From Planctomycetota bacterium (GTDB lineage: Bacteria; Planctomycetota; B15-G4; SIAN01): 64,000 nucleotides of DNA. The notes under the pieces were generated by a model. The model saw only the letters and a list, made by a program, of their open reading frames with translations. It was not told the DNA's origin and made no database searches. The stretch lies in the NCBI GenBank assembly GCA_031409275.1, contig JANNXA010000022.1, positions 96,001 to 160,000 of the forward strand. The letters are read 5' to 3'. This document shows, piece by piece, positions 17,776 to 26,356 of the stretch. The position numbers were made by a program, and so were the translations under genes. How positions within the stretch are numbered: position 1 is the first letter of the stretch; the number at the start of each line of letters is the position of its first letter.

Positions 17776-18299
17776 GTCGGCATCCTCCCGGCTTGCCCCC
17801 GCCGGACGAGTGCTTCGAGCAGGCGGCGATTATTCGCGAAACCGAGCTGTTCCGGCAACTGGTCGAGCCGAAAGAAGCGCGCCTCCTCCGCGTCGTCACC
17901 CGCGCGCAACGTTCCGCTGAGGGGCCGCGCGAGGTAGGCGACCACGAGGCCGCGCCGCCGAGGGTCGTCTTCGTTGCAAAGCACGTCGAGCAGCTCCAGC
18001 ACCTCCACCGTCAACCCGGTCTCTTCGATGACTTCACGCTGCAATGCGGAGGCCGGAGTCTCGTCGATCTCCACATAGCCGGCGGGAAGGGTCCAGTGGC
18101 CCTGGAACGGCGGGATTCGGCGGCGAATCAGCAGGATCTCCGCACCCTGGATGACGGCGGCGACGGCACCGACCGTCGGGTGGAGCCAGACGACGTGGGG
18201 ACAACTCGGGCACGCTCGGCGCAAGCGCCCCTCGATCTCGCGATCGGCGAGCGGCGTGCCGCAGCGTGCGCAGAAGCGTTCGAGCTCGTGGTGCCGCAC
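17772..18299 (-). CDS. NUDIX hydrolase with N-terminal zinc ribbon
   Basis: FCARCG...ACPSC; Nudix box AGYVEIDETPASALQREVIEETGL. Start uncertain. Confidence 0.9.
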   Translation of the reverse strand: MRHHELERFCARCGTPLADREIEGRLRRACPSCPHVVWLHPTVGAVAAVIQGAEILLIRRRIPPFQGHWTLPAGYVEIDETPASALQREVIEETGLTVEVLELLDVLCNEDDPRRRGLVVAYLARPLSGTLRAGDDAEEARFFRLDQLPEQLGFANNRRLLEALVRRGQAGRMPT

Positions 18300-18374
18300 G
18301 TGGAGCGCCTTGACAGGGAAGTTGACGAGCAGAGCCTTCGGACCAGCGCGCAGTCGAACTATCATCCCGCGGCG

Positions 18375-19526
18375 ATGAAGCGCGTCCACCTCCTCGGATC
18401 GACTGGAAGCATCGGGCAGACGTCAGAGCGCGTGCTCGGCGAGTTGGTGGCCACCCACCGCGTCGTCGGGCTCGCGAGCGGACGTGGCGGCCCAGCTTTC
18501 CTGGCGCAAGTCGCGCGGATGATGCCCGAAGCGGTCGCGATCGCCGACGATGATGCCGCGGAGATGGCCGCGCGCGCGCTTCGCGACCAACCGGTCCGGG
18601 TCTTCGGTGGCAACGACTCGGCCGCGCGCATGGTCGAAGCGGTGCCGTCGGAAGTGGTCCTGAACGGGATCACCGGCGCGCGCGGCCTCGCCGCGAGCTT
18701 TGCGGCCGTCCGTCGCGGCGCCGACCTCGCGCTCGCCAACAAGGAGTCGATGGTGATGGCGGGGCCGCTGCTCGCCCGCGCCGCGACCGACCACGGCGCT
18801 CGCATCCTCCCCGTCGACAGCGAACACAGCGCGATCTTCCAGTGCCTGCACCGCGACTCGCTCGCTTCGGTGCGTCGGATCCTGCTCACGGCTTCGGGCG
18901 GTCCGTTCCGCGCGACGCCCGCCGACGAACTCGCGCACGTCACGCCGCAGCAGGCGCTGCGCCACCCCACCTGGTCGATGGGCGCAAAGATCAGCATCGA
19001 CTCGGCGACGTTGCTCAACAAGGCGCTCGAAGTCGTCGAAGCACGCTGGCTCTTCTCGCTGCCGGCGGCGCAGATCGCCGTCGTCGTCCATCCGCAGTCG
19101 ATCGTCCACTCGATGGTCGAGTTCTGCGATGGCTCGATCCTGGCGCAGCTGGGCGTCCCCGACATGGCCGTGCCGATCCGTTTCGCGCTCGCCTATCCGG
19201 AACGCAGCGTGACCAGCGACTCCTACTTCGACCTTGCGCGCTTCCAGACGCTCACGTTCGAGGAGCCTGACCTGGCGCGCTTTCCTGGTCTCGGACTCGG
19301 ATTTCGCGCTGCACGTGCCGGTGGCACGGCAGGCGCCGTCCTCAACGCCGCCAACGAAGTGGCCGTGGCCGCCTTCCTCGAAGGCGGCCTGTCGTTCCAG
19401 CGGATCGCGACGACCGTCGCCGCGGTGCTCGATCAGGTTCCCCACGTCGCCGAACCGACGTTGGAGCAGGTGCTCGCCGCCGACGCGGCCGCGCGTGCGG
19501 AGGCGATTGCATGCTGTTGCTCATGA
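18375..19526 (+). CDS. dxr: 1-deoxy-D-xylulose-5-phosphate reductoisomerase
   Basis: LLGSTGSIG, LALANKES, LPVDSEHSAIFQ, LTASGGPF, HPTWSMGAKISIDSAT, NAANEVAV. Confidence 0.98.
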   Translation: MKRVHLLGSTGSIGQTSERVLGELVATHRVVGLASGRGGPAFLAQVARMMPEAVAIADDDAAEMAARALRDQPVRVFGGNDSAARMVEAVPSEVVLNGITGARGLAASFAAVRRGADLALANKESMVMAGPLLARAATDHGARILPVDSEHSAIFQCLHRDSLASVRRILLTASGGPFRATPADELAHVTPQQALRHPTWSMGAKISIDSATLLNKALEVVEARWLFSLPAAQIAVVVHPQSIVHSMVEFCDGSILAQLGVPDMAVPIRFALAYPERSVTSDSYFDLARFQTLTFEEPDLARFPGLGLGFRAARAGGTAGAVLNAANEVAVAAFLEGGLSFQRIATTVAAVLDQVPHVAEPTLEQVLAADAAARAEAIACCCS

Positions 19527-21421
19527 CGTGGCTTGCGACGATCGGTAGCTGGCTCGCCGACACCGCTGGCAGCGTCGGCTTCTGGCTGCTCGCCATCGGT
19601 GGCATCGGGCTCGTGATCTTCGTCCACGAGCTCGGTCACTTCCTCGTCGCGAAGCGCTGCGGCGTGCGGGTCGAGGCGTTCGCGATCGGCTTCGGTCCGA
19701 AGCTCATCGGATTCCGCCGCGGCGACACCGAGTACCGACTCGGGCTGCTGCCGATCGGCGGCTACGTGAAGATGGCCGGCGACAACCCCGGCGACGCGCT
19801 GCAGGGAGACGGCGGCGATCTGCCGAGCAAGAGCGTCGGGCAGCGTTTCGCGATCTTCTCGGCCGGCGTAGTGATGAACCTCATCTTCGCGCTAGTGGCC
19901 TTGCCCATCGCGCTCTCCGTCGGCGTCCAGTTCCACAGCACTCGCGTGGGCTCGGTACAGGCGGGCGGTCCGGCGTGGAAGTCGGGGCTGGCCAAGGGTG
20001 ACGAGATCGTCGCGGTCGACGCCCACCGCGTCGATGACTTCAACGACATCATCGCCGAGGTCGCCCTCTCCGGTGCCGATGGCGTCGAGATCGAGGTGAT
20101 CCGCGCGGCCGACGTCGAGGGCGCCCGCACCAGCGAGAAGCTCTTCGTGCAGCCGGAGTACGACCGCTCGCAGGGTCGCTACGTCATCGGGATCGGCCCG
20201 TCGCTCGCGGCCACCTTCGAGGTCGTCAAGTCCGGGCCGGCCGAGCGCGCTGGCATCCAGGCGACCGATCGCGTCATCGGCTTCGACGGGCGGCCGGTCG
20301 CCAACGTCGAAGCGTTCGAGCCACTGCGTGCGGAGAATCGCGCGCCGATCGTGACGTTGCGCGTCGCGGCCGCCGATGGTGTCGAGCGCGACGTCGTCGT
20401 CGAGCCGATCCCGTTCGAGCGAGCGAGCTGCGTGGTCGGCATCAAGCCGTTCCTGAACAAGGTCAAGGCAGTGCGCGGCCGCGCGGCGATCGCCGACTTC
20501 CTGCGCCCCGAGGACGAAGTCCTCGCGCTCGGCCGACGCGAAGAAGACGGTCGCGTCACCCCGGTCGTCTCGATCGCCGATGCCGACGAACTCGCCGCCG
20601 CGTTCAAGCAATCGACGGCACTCGGCGCCGCGGCTCGCTTCGTGGTGCGCCGCGGGGAGCAGACGATCGAACTCGCTCCGCCGGCCGGTCTCGACGAGGC
20701 GTTCGCGGCGGACGTCGCGCTCGGCCGCGAACCTCCGGGTCGGCGGATTCGCCTCGTGCCCGATTACCCAGCGGCGCGCGCCGGACTGCCCGATGGCGGC
20801 GAAGTCGTGAAGGTCGATCAGGTTGCGGTCGCCGGATGGGGCGACATCTCCGAGCGCGTGCAGAAGGCGGCCCCGCAGGGGGATGGCGGCCGCGCGTCGC
20901 CGCTGACGTTCACGATGCTGGTCGAAGGCCAGTCGCAGGAAGTCACCGTGGCGCCGCGGGTCGAGCGACCGCCGGTCGACTTCGGTCTGCTGCCCAGCAT
21001 CGCGATGGTCGAGCGCTCCTACCCCTTCTTCGAAGCGGTCGGCGTCGGCGTGTCATCGGCCGGCTACATGATCAAGAACGTCTACCTCACGCTGAAGAAG
21101 ATCCTCGTGCGCGAGGTGAGCGCCAGCAACCTTTCGGGCATCTTCACCATCGCCTATGTCTCGCGCTCGTTCGCCGAATCGGGCATCGCGACCCTCTTTT
21201 TCTTCCTGTCGGTGCTTTCGCTGAACCTCGCCTTCCTGAACCTCCTGCCCATCCCGGTGCTCGACGGTGGGCATCTCTTCTTCCTGCTGGTGGAGAAGGT
21301 CAAGGGTTCGCCGGTCAGCGAGCGAGTCATGGGCTTCTCGCAACTGGTCGGACTAGTCCTGGTGCTTGCCCTGCTCTTGTTCGTGACCTACAACGACCTG
21401 CATCGGTTCTTCTTCCTGTGA
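19511..21421 (+). CDS. rseP: RIP metalloprotease (M50) with multiple PDZ domains
   Basis: HELGH, LPIGGYVKM, NLLPIPVLDGGH; follows dxr. Confidence 0.95.
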   Translation: MLLLMTWLATIGSWLADTAGSVGFWLLAIGGIGLVIFVHELGHFLVAKRCGVRVEAFAIGFGPKLIGFRRGDTEYRLGLLPIGGYVKMAGDNPGDALQGDGGDLPSKSVGQRFAIFSAGVVMNLIFALVALPIALSVGVQFHSTRVGSVQAGGPAWKSGLAKGDEIVAVDAHRVDDFNDIIAEVALSGADGVEIEVIRAADVEGARTSEKLFVQPEYDRSQGRYVIGIGPSLAATFEVVKSGPAERAGIQATDRVIGFDGRPVANVEAFEPLRAENRAPIVTLRVAAADGVERDVVVEPIPFERASCVVGIKPFLNKVKAVRGRAAIADFLRPEDEVLALGRREEDGRVTPVVSIADADELAAAFKQSTALGAAARFVVRRGEQTIELAPPAGLDEAFAADVALGREPPGRRIRLVPDYPAARAGLPDGGEVVKVDQVAVAGWGDISERVQKAAPQGDGGRASPLTFTMLVEGQSQEVTVAPRVERPPVDFGLLPSIAMVERSYPFFEAVGVGVSSAGYMIKNVYLTLKKILVREVSASNLSGIFTIAYVSRSFAESGIATLFFFLSVLSLNLAFLNLLPIPVLDGGHLFFLLVEKVKGSPVSERVMGFSQLVGLVLVLALLLFVTYNDLHRFFFL

Positions 21422-21437
21422 GCGGGTGCACGGCGCG

Positions 21438-22349
21438 ATGAACGCGCGCCTGGCTGCCCTGGCGGCGCTGCTGCGCCTGTCGTTGGCTCCCACCGTCCTC
21501 GCCGACCTCGCGGCAGGCGTGGCGTTGGCGAGTGGTGCGCCTGGCGGAGTGGCGATCGTCGCGCGCCTGGCGGGCGTCTCCTTGCTGCTCTTCTGCGGTG
21601 GCATGGCGCTGAATGGCTTCGTCGATCGCGCTCACGACGCGCTCGTGCGACCCACGCGACCACTGCCGAGCGGGCGCATCTCCCCCGCCGCGGCACTGAC
21701 GCTCGCGCTGTGCGGACTCGGCGGAGCGCCGCTGCTGGCGCTGCTGGTCGGCGGGGATCAGGCGCGACCGACCGCGTGGGCGGCGACGCTGCTGGCGGGA
21801 GTGATCGCGCTCTACCACACGCCGCTCAAACGCCACGGGCTGCTCGGCCCGTTGCTGCTCGGTGCCGTTCGTGCCGGGGATCTGCTGCTAGGCGCGATCG
21901 CCTGCGTCGGCCTCGAGCGCGGGATCGCGGTCGCGTGGCCTTTCGCCATCGTGCATGGGCTCTACGTGGTCGGCGCGTCGCTCGTCGCGCACGAAGAGGA
22001 TCGCGCGCCGCGGATCGGGCGCGCGCGCGCCGGCGCAGCGCTCTGCTTTGCGTCGATCGGCGCCGCCGGTGCGCTGGCTCTGCTCGGGCGCGGAGAGGGC
22101 ATGTCGACGCAGATCGCCTGCATCCTCGCGTTGTGGCAATGCATGACGCTGCGGCGCGCGCTGCTGCTCTTTCGCGCGGGAGCGCCAGGCGACATCCCGC
22201 TCTCCGCGTTCGCTCGCCTGTTCCTCTCGCGCCTGCCGCTGATCCCAGCCGTCGCCTGTTTCGCGGCCGGCGCCGGCGACCTCGGACTGGCGGCGATCGG
22301 CATCTACTGGGTCGTTTTCGTGCTGGTGCGTTTCATCCCACCGACTTGA
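21438..22349 (+). CDS. UbiA-family prenyltransferase (EboC/SCO3242-like)
   Basis: GGMALNGFVDRAHDALVRPTRPLPSGRI; multi-TM. Confidence 0.85.
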   Translation: MNARLAALAALLRLSLAPTVLADLAAGVALASGAPGGVAIVARLAGVSLLLFCGGMALNGFVDRAHDALVRPTRPLPSGRISPAAALTLALCGLGGAPLLALLVGGDQARPTAWAATLLAGVIALYHTPLKRHGLLGPLLLGAVRAGDLLLGAIACVGLERGIAVAWPFAIVHGLYVVGASLVAHEEDRAPRIGRARAGAALCFASIGAAGALALLGRGEGMSTQIACILALWQCMTLRRALLLFRAGAPGDIPLSAFARLFLSRLPLIPAVACFAAGAGDLGLAAIGIYWVVFVLVRFIPPT

Positions 22350-22377
22350 GGGGCTGCTCCTGCGTCACACCATCGTC

Positions 22378-22956
22378 GTGCTGGTGTTCGTTGCGCTCGC
22401 CCTGCTCGGCGTCCGGATCGCCACCGTGGTGGCGAGCGGTGCCGCGCTGCATCAGAGCGAGGTTGCGGGGCGCGAGATGGCGCAGCGGATCGTCGTGGCC
22501 GAGCTGAAGCGCCGCGCGGACGCCCCCGCCGGCGACCCGATCACGCCCTACGCTTTCTTGTCGACGCTGGTCGCGGAGGGGCGGCTCACCGGACTGCTCC
22601 CCGTCGCGCACGGCAAGGAGCGCGACCTCTGGCGCAACGAGAGCTACGTCTTCCACGTTCGCCTGCTGAACAAGCTCGGGCGGCCGCTCACCTCGCGCCC
22701 GGAGCGGCCCGAACTCGAGCCGGGCCTTGGCGCGAACTTCGAGCTGTGGGCCTGGCCTTTCGATCGCAAGCACACGACGCTGTCGCTGTTCTTCGCGAGC
22801 GATGTCGGTGCGCTCCTGCAGGGCGACAACGGCGTGTTCGCCGGCATCGGTGCGCGGCCGGAGGAGGTGCAACCGTTGCCACCGCGCACCTTGGAGAAGG
22901 AACTCGACGGCGCCGGAAAACAGTGGATCGTGGTGAGCGACCACGGAGCTCCCTGA
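22378..22956 (+). CDS. Hypothetical membrane-anchored protein (pilin-like layout)
   Basis: N-terminal hydrophobic helix, then Y.F, FELWAWP and LFFASDVG segments. Start may lie slightly upstream. Confidence 0.6.
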   Translation: MLVFVALALLGVRIATVVASGAALHQSEVAGREMAQRIVVAELKRRADAPAGDPITPYAFLSTLVAEGRLTGLLPVAHGKERDLWRNESYVFHVRLLNKLGRPLTSRPERPELEPGLGANFELWAWPFDRKHTTLSLFFASDVGALLQGDNGVFAGIGARPEEVQPLPPRTLEKELDGAGKQWIVVSDHGAP

Positions 22957-23004
22957 GCCCGATCGAGCGAGGTTCCGCGTGCATGCGCCACGGCGCGTCG
23001 TCGA

Positions 23005-24675
23005 TCAGAAGAACGACGCGAAGAGCTCGACGATGCGGTCGGTGAGCGGCTTGTTTTCCAGCGTCAGTCGCAGCGCATAGAGCTCCGCGCCGAGCGCCAT
23101 GTCGTCGAAGTAGGCGACGGTGTCGACCGCGGCAAGGCGCAGTTCGAGCGCGGCGTCGGCGTCGCGCACGAGCTTGAAGAGCTGCTCGGCGCAGCTTCGC
23201 TGGTCGGGAGCGGACATTCCGCCGAGAACCCCTCGCAACGCGTCGAGCAGCGCGAGCTGCGCGCGCAACGTCGGCGCGCTGGTGAGCGCCGCGGCGAGCA
23301 GCGGTCCCGCGCTCGCTCCGTACTGTTGCACATGAGTCGCCGCGAGCTCGCTCAAGTAGGTGCGTTCGCCGGCGCGCGGGTCCTCGGCGCTGCCGGCGCG
23401 GACGATGCGCGCAACGAAACGCGGGATGTCGCCTGGCTCCGTGAAGCTCTTCAGCCCGGAAAGCAGGTTGCCGAGATCGCTGCCGTCGAGGGGCTCCTGG
23501 TCGAGTCGGCGGCGCAAGAGCGGGACGACGGCGGGATCGCGCAGCCCCTCGCAGAGGAAGCTCACCGCTTCGCGCAGCGCGGTCCCGCGTCCGCGGTCGA
23601 TCGTGTCGCGCCACGACTGCACGACATCGGTGCGGCCGCGCCGAAACAGCGGCTCGGCGGCGGCGCGCGCGACGACCGGATCCGCGTCGGCGGCAAGCCG
23701 GGAAAGCAGCGCGTCGACGGCGTCGTTCGGCGCCTTGCCGAGCCCGGCCCCGAGCGCGATCGCCAGCTGCTTGCGCACCTCGCCGGTCGGATGGTCGACC
23801 AACCGCCGCGCCTGTTCGATCGGCATCAACCGTGCGGCATCGCGCCAGAGCGTGAGCCCTTCGAGGAGGCGCCGCTCGTCGCCGCTCTCGATCTCGGCGA
23901 TCGCCGCGGCGTGGCCGCGCGCGTCATCGTTGGCGAGCAGCGCGAAGATCGCGTTCTGGCGCACGATCGTCGCCGGCGAGTCGAGATGGCGGACGCAGGC
24001 ATCGGCGCAGCCGGCGAGGTGGCGGAAGCCGACTTGTTGCAGGAACGGGATCGCCTCGCCACCGTCGTACTGCACGAGGAAGCTGTTCATCGCTTCGACG
24101 TCGCCGAAGTCCTCGCTGTGAACGATCTCCTGCAGCGCGGCACCGGCGATGGCTCGGCGCGCGTCGCTCGAAAGGCGGATCAGGAGATCCTCAGTCTCGT
24201 CGCTGCGCGGGAACTTGGCCAATGCGCGGATGGCCGCCACCTGCAGGTGCTCGTGCTCGGGCGGGGAGACGGCCGCGATGCGGCGCAGGAATCCGAGCGC
24301 GCTCGGGTCGCCGACGACGGCCAGCGCGTCGATCAGCCGTTGCGCGAGGTAGGCCGATCCGACCACGATCTTCTCGTAGCGCTCCATCAAGCGCGCGGCG
24401 AGCGCGGCGCGGTCCGCCGGCAGGTGCCGCGCGGTCCAATAGAAGACGTCCGGCGGCCCCCACTCGATTCGGGCGGCCACCCGCAAGACCGGATCCGCCA
24501 GCACGTTCGCCGCGAGCGCTTCGAGCGGCGGGTGGATCTCAGGCAGGCGGTTGGCGAATTCGTACGCCTCGAAATCGTTGGGCAGCAGCGTCCGCACGGC
24601 ACGCTTCGGCCACAGCGCGACGGCAACGAGGGCGAGCGCGACCAGGATCACCAGGAATGGCAGGCGTCGTTTCAT
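23005..24675 (-). CDS. Membrane-anchored HEAT-repeat protein
   Basis: MKRRLPFLVILVALALVAVALW; HEAT-like units (VRQNAIFAL, VRKQLAIALG, VARAAAEPL). Confidence 0.8.
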   Translation of the reverse strand: MKRRLPFLVILVALALVAVALWPKRAVRTLLPNDFEAYEFANRLPEIHPPLEALAANVLADPVLRVAARIEWGPPDVFYWTARHLPADRAALAARLMERYEKIVVGSAYLAQRLIDALAVVGDPSALGFLRRIAAVSPPEHEHLQVAAIRALAKFPRSDETEDLLIRLSSDARRAIAGAALQEIVHSEDFGDVEAMNSFLVQYDGGEAIPFLQQVGFRHLAGCADACVRHLDSPATIVRQNAIFALLANDDARGHAAAIAEIESGDERRLLEGLTLWRDAARLMPIEQARRLVDHPTGEVRKQLAIALGAGLGKAPNDAVDALLSRLAADADPVVARAAAEPLFRRGRTDVVQSWRDTIDRGRGTALREAVSFLCEGLRDPAVVPLLRRRLDQEPLDGSDLGNLLSGLKSFTEPGDIPRFVARIVRAGSAEDPRAGERTYLSELAATHVQQYGASAGPLLAAALTSAPTLRAQLALLDALRGVLGGMSAPDQRSCAEQLFKLVRDADAALELRLAAVDTVAYFDDMALGAELYALRLTLENKPLTDRIVELFASFF

Positions 24676-24742
24676 GAGCGGAGGCGCATCGTAGACTGCG
24701 CGCCCGCGCTCGCTTGCTCCCGTCAGTGCTGAGGTCCCGTCC

Positions 24743-25843
24743 ATGTTTGACCACTCCTCTCCTGCCCGCGTCGGTGCCGGATCGCGCCGCGGATCGCGCG
24801 TCGGCGCCCTTGCCGGTGGCTGGCTTCTGATGGCGGCTGCGACGGCGAGCGCTGCAACCGTCGCGCCGCGTTGGCAAGCGGCCCCGCAAGGGACGCCGCC
24901 GCTCCCGCAGACCGCTCCGGCCACTCCATCGGAGGAGGCGACCCCGGCCGAGGTCGAGTGGCAGAAGATCAGCGACGAGCTCACCCCGAAGCTGGTTCGG
25001 CTGCGCGAGCTGCCGCCCGAGGAGCGCAAGCAGGAGAGCTTCCGCGCCGAGCTGGCGCGCATCGGCGAGTTCGTACGCAAGTACCAGAAGAGCGAGCCAG
25101 ACGTCGCGGCGTCGGCGCGCGTCTTCATGGCGACGCAGGTGCTTTGGAAGGGGCTTGGCCGCGATGCGCAGGCGGTCGACGTCTTGCGCGACGTCACCTC
25201 GACCGCGCCCAGCGGCCTCGTGGCAGGCCTTGCAGCGCTGAATGCCGGCGAGATCCTCCTGCGCGCCGGCGACGAACCGGGCCTGCGCCAGCTGTTCGAT
25301 CTCTACGCGAGTCGCGCCGACGCCGAAGCGCTGTTTCGTGACGCTCTCGAGGGGTTGTGTCGGCAAGTGCGGCTGCAACCGGGGCGCCCGTTTCCGGCGA
25401 TCGAACTGCACGATCTGGCCGGGCGGCGGCTCGAAACCGAGGCGCTCCGCGGGAAGCTGGTCGTGCTGCTGGTCTTCAGCGTGGAGGCTCCAGCGGCCCG
25501 CGAGGCGCTGGCGGAAATGGTGCGGACGACGTCAGCGCTCGCTGATCCTGGCCTCGCGCCCGTCGGTCTTTCCCTCGACCTCGATCGCAAGAAGCTGCTG
25601 GCCGTGGTCGAGGAGCTCGGAGCGAAGTTTCCGATCGACTGCAGTGAGAAGGGTTGGGAGTCGGCAGCCATCCAGGAGCTCGGCCTGACCCGGATTCCAG
25701 CCATCATCGTGCTCGACCCCAAGGGGACGATCCTGTTCAACCGAGTCGGCGGGCTCGGCTCCGAGTTGCGGCCGATCCTGGTCGACTTCCTGGAGACCCT
25801 GCGTGCAAGCGGCGAACTGCCGCCGCGACGGCCCGGCGGTTGA
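24743..25843 (+). CDS. Exported TlpA/thioredoxin-fold protein lacking CXXC
   Basis: PGRPFP..ELHDLAG...LRGKLVVLLVFSVEAPAA; GLSLD; IPAIIVLDPKG. Confidence 0.8.
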   Translation: MFDHSSPARVGAGSRRGSRVGALAGGWLLMAAATASAATVAPRWQAAPQGTPPLPQTAPATPSEEATPAEVEWQKISDELTPKLVRLRELPPEERKQESFRAELARIGEFVRKYQKSEPDVAASARVFMATQVLWKGLGRDAQAVDVLRDVTSTAPSGLVAGLAALNAGEILLRAGDEPGLRQLFDLYASRADAEALFRDALEGLCRQVRLQPGRPFPAIELHDLAGRRLETEALRGKLVVLLVFSVEAPAAREALAEMVRTTSALADPGLAPVGLSLDLDRKKLLAVVEELGAKFPIDCSEKGWESAAIQELGLTRIPAIIVLDPKGTILFNRVGGLGSELRPILVDFLETLRASGELPPRRPGG

Positions 25844-25996
25844 GCGCCGCCCGCCACCTGCTCCCTGGAAATCCTCGGCGACCGCGATACCATCCCGCCC
25901 CTTCGTGCTAGAGCCTCGTGCAACGACGGACCGCAGGCCGTGGACGTGCGCTGGTCCGTTGTCGATTCCTCCACCCGCCCCCGGAGCGGCGCCGAC

Positions 25997-26218
25997 ATGA
26001 AGAACGTTCGCAATCTCCTCTGCGCGGTCCTCGCTGCCTCGTCGCTCGCCGCTTGCGGCTCGACGGTGGCCGGCGACAAGCAGTCGTACACCGGGACCTG
26101 GTGGAAGAACAACCTCCGCGGTTACTGGTACGTGCTGAAGCGTGACGCGACCGACATCTATCGCGGCGTCGACCGTCACTTCTTCAACTACGACTGGGAC
26201 GACCCGAACCTCCAGTGA
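25997..26218 (+). CDS. Small lipoprotein (73 aa)
   Basis: Lipobox SLAAC; aromatic-rich mature part ending DRHFFNYDWDDP. Confidence 0.8.
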   Translation: MKNVRNLLCAVLAASSLAACGSTVAGDKQSYTGTWWKNNLRGYWYVLKRDATDIYRGVDRHFFNYDWDDPNLQ

Positions 26219-26304
26219 GGCTGCACTGGCCTGCGCCGGGCCCGCAACGGGCTGGCGCTGCGCCTGCGGTGGCTTGGCTGCGGCTGCGACGATCTCCCCT
26301 CCGC

Positions 26305-26340
26305 TGACCCATCGGGTCACGGCGCTTGACCCATCGGGTC
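26305..26340. repeat. Tandem palindromic direct repeat TGACCCATCGGGTC x2
   Basis: Copies at 26305-26318 and 26327-26340, 22-bp period. Confidence 0.85.
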
Positions 26341-26356
26341 GACGCGCCGGCGAAGG

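Noticed and set aside
17325..18374. Long N-terminal extensions in the track (dxr here; also fbaB, the M16 subunit, GT4, trmJ, the 23005 HEAT gene)
   Set aside because: They overlap other genes and are low-complexity. Better downstream starts with an RBS or start/stop coupling exist.
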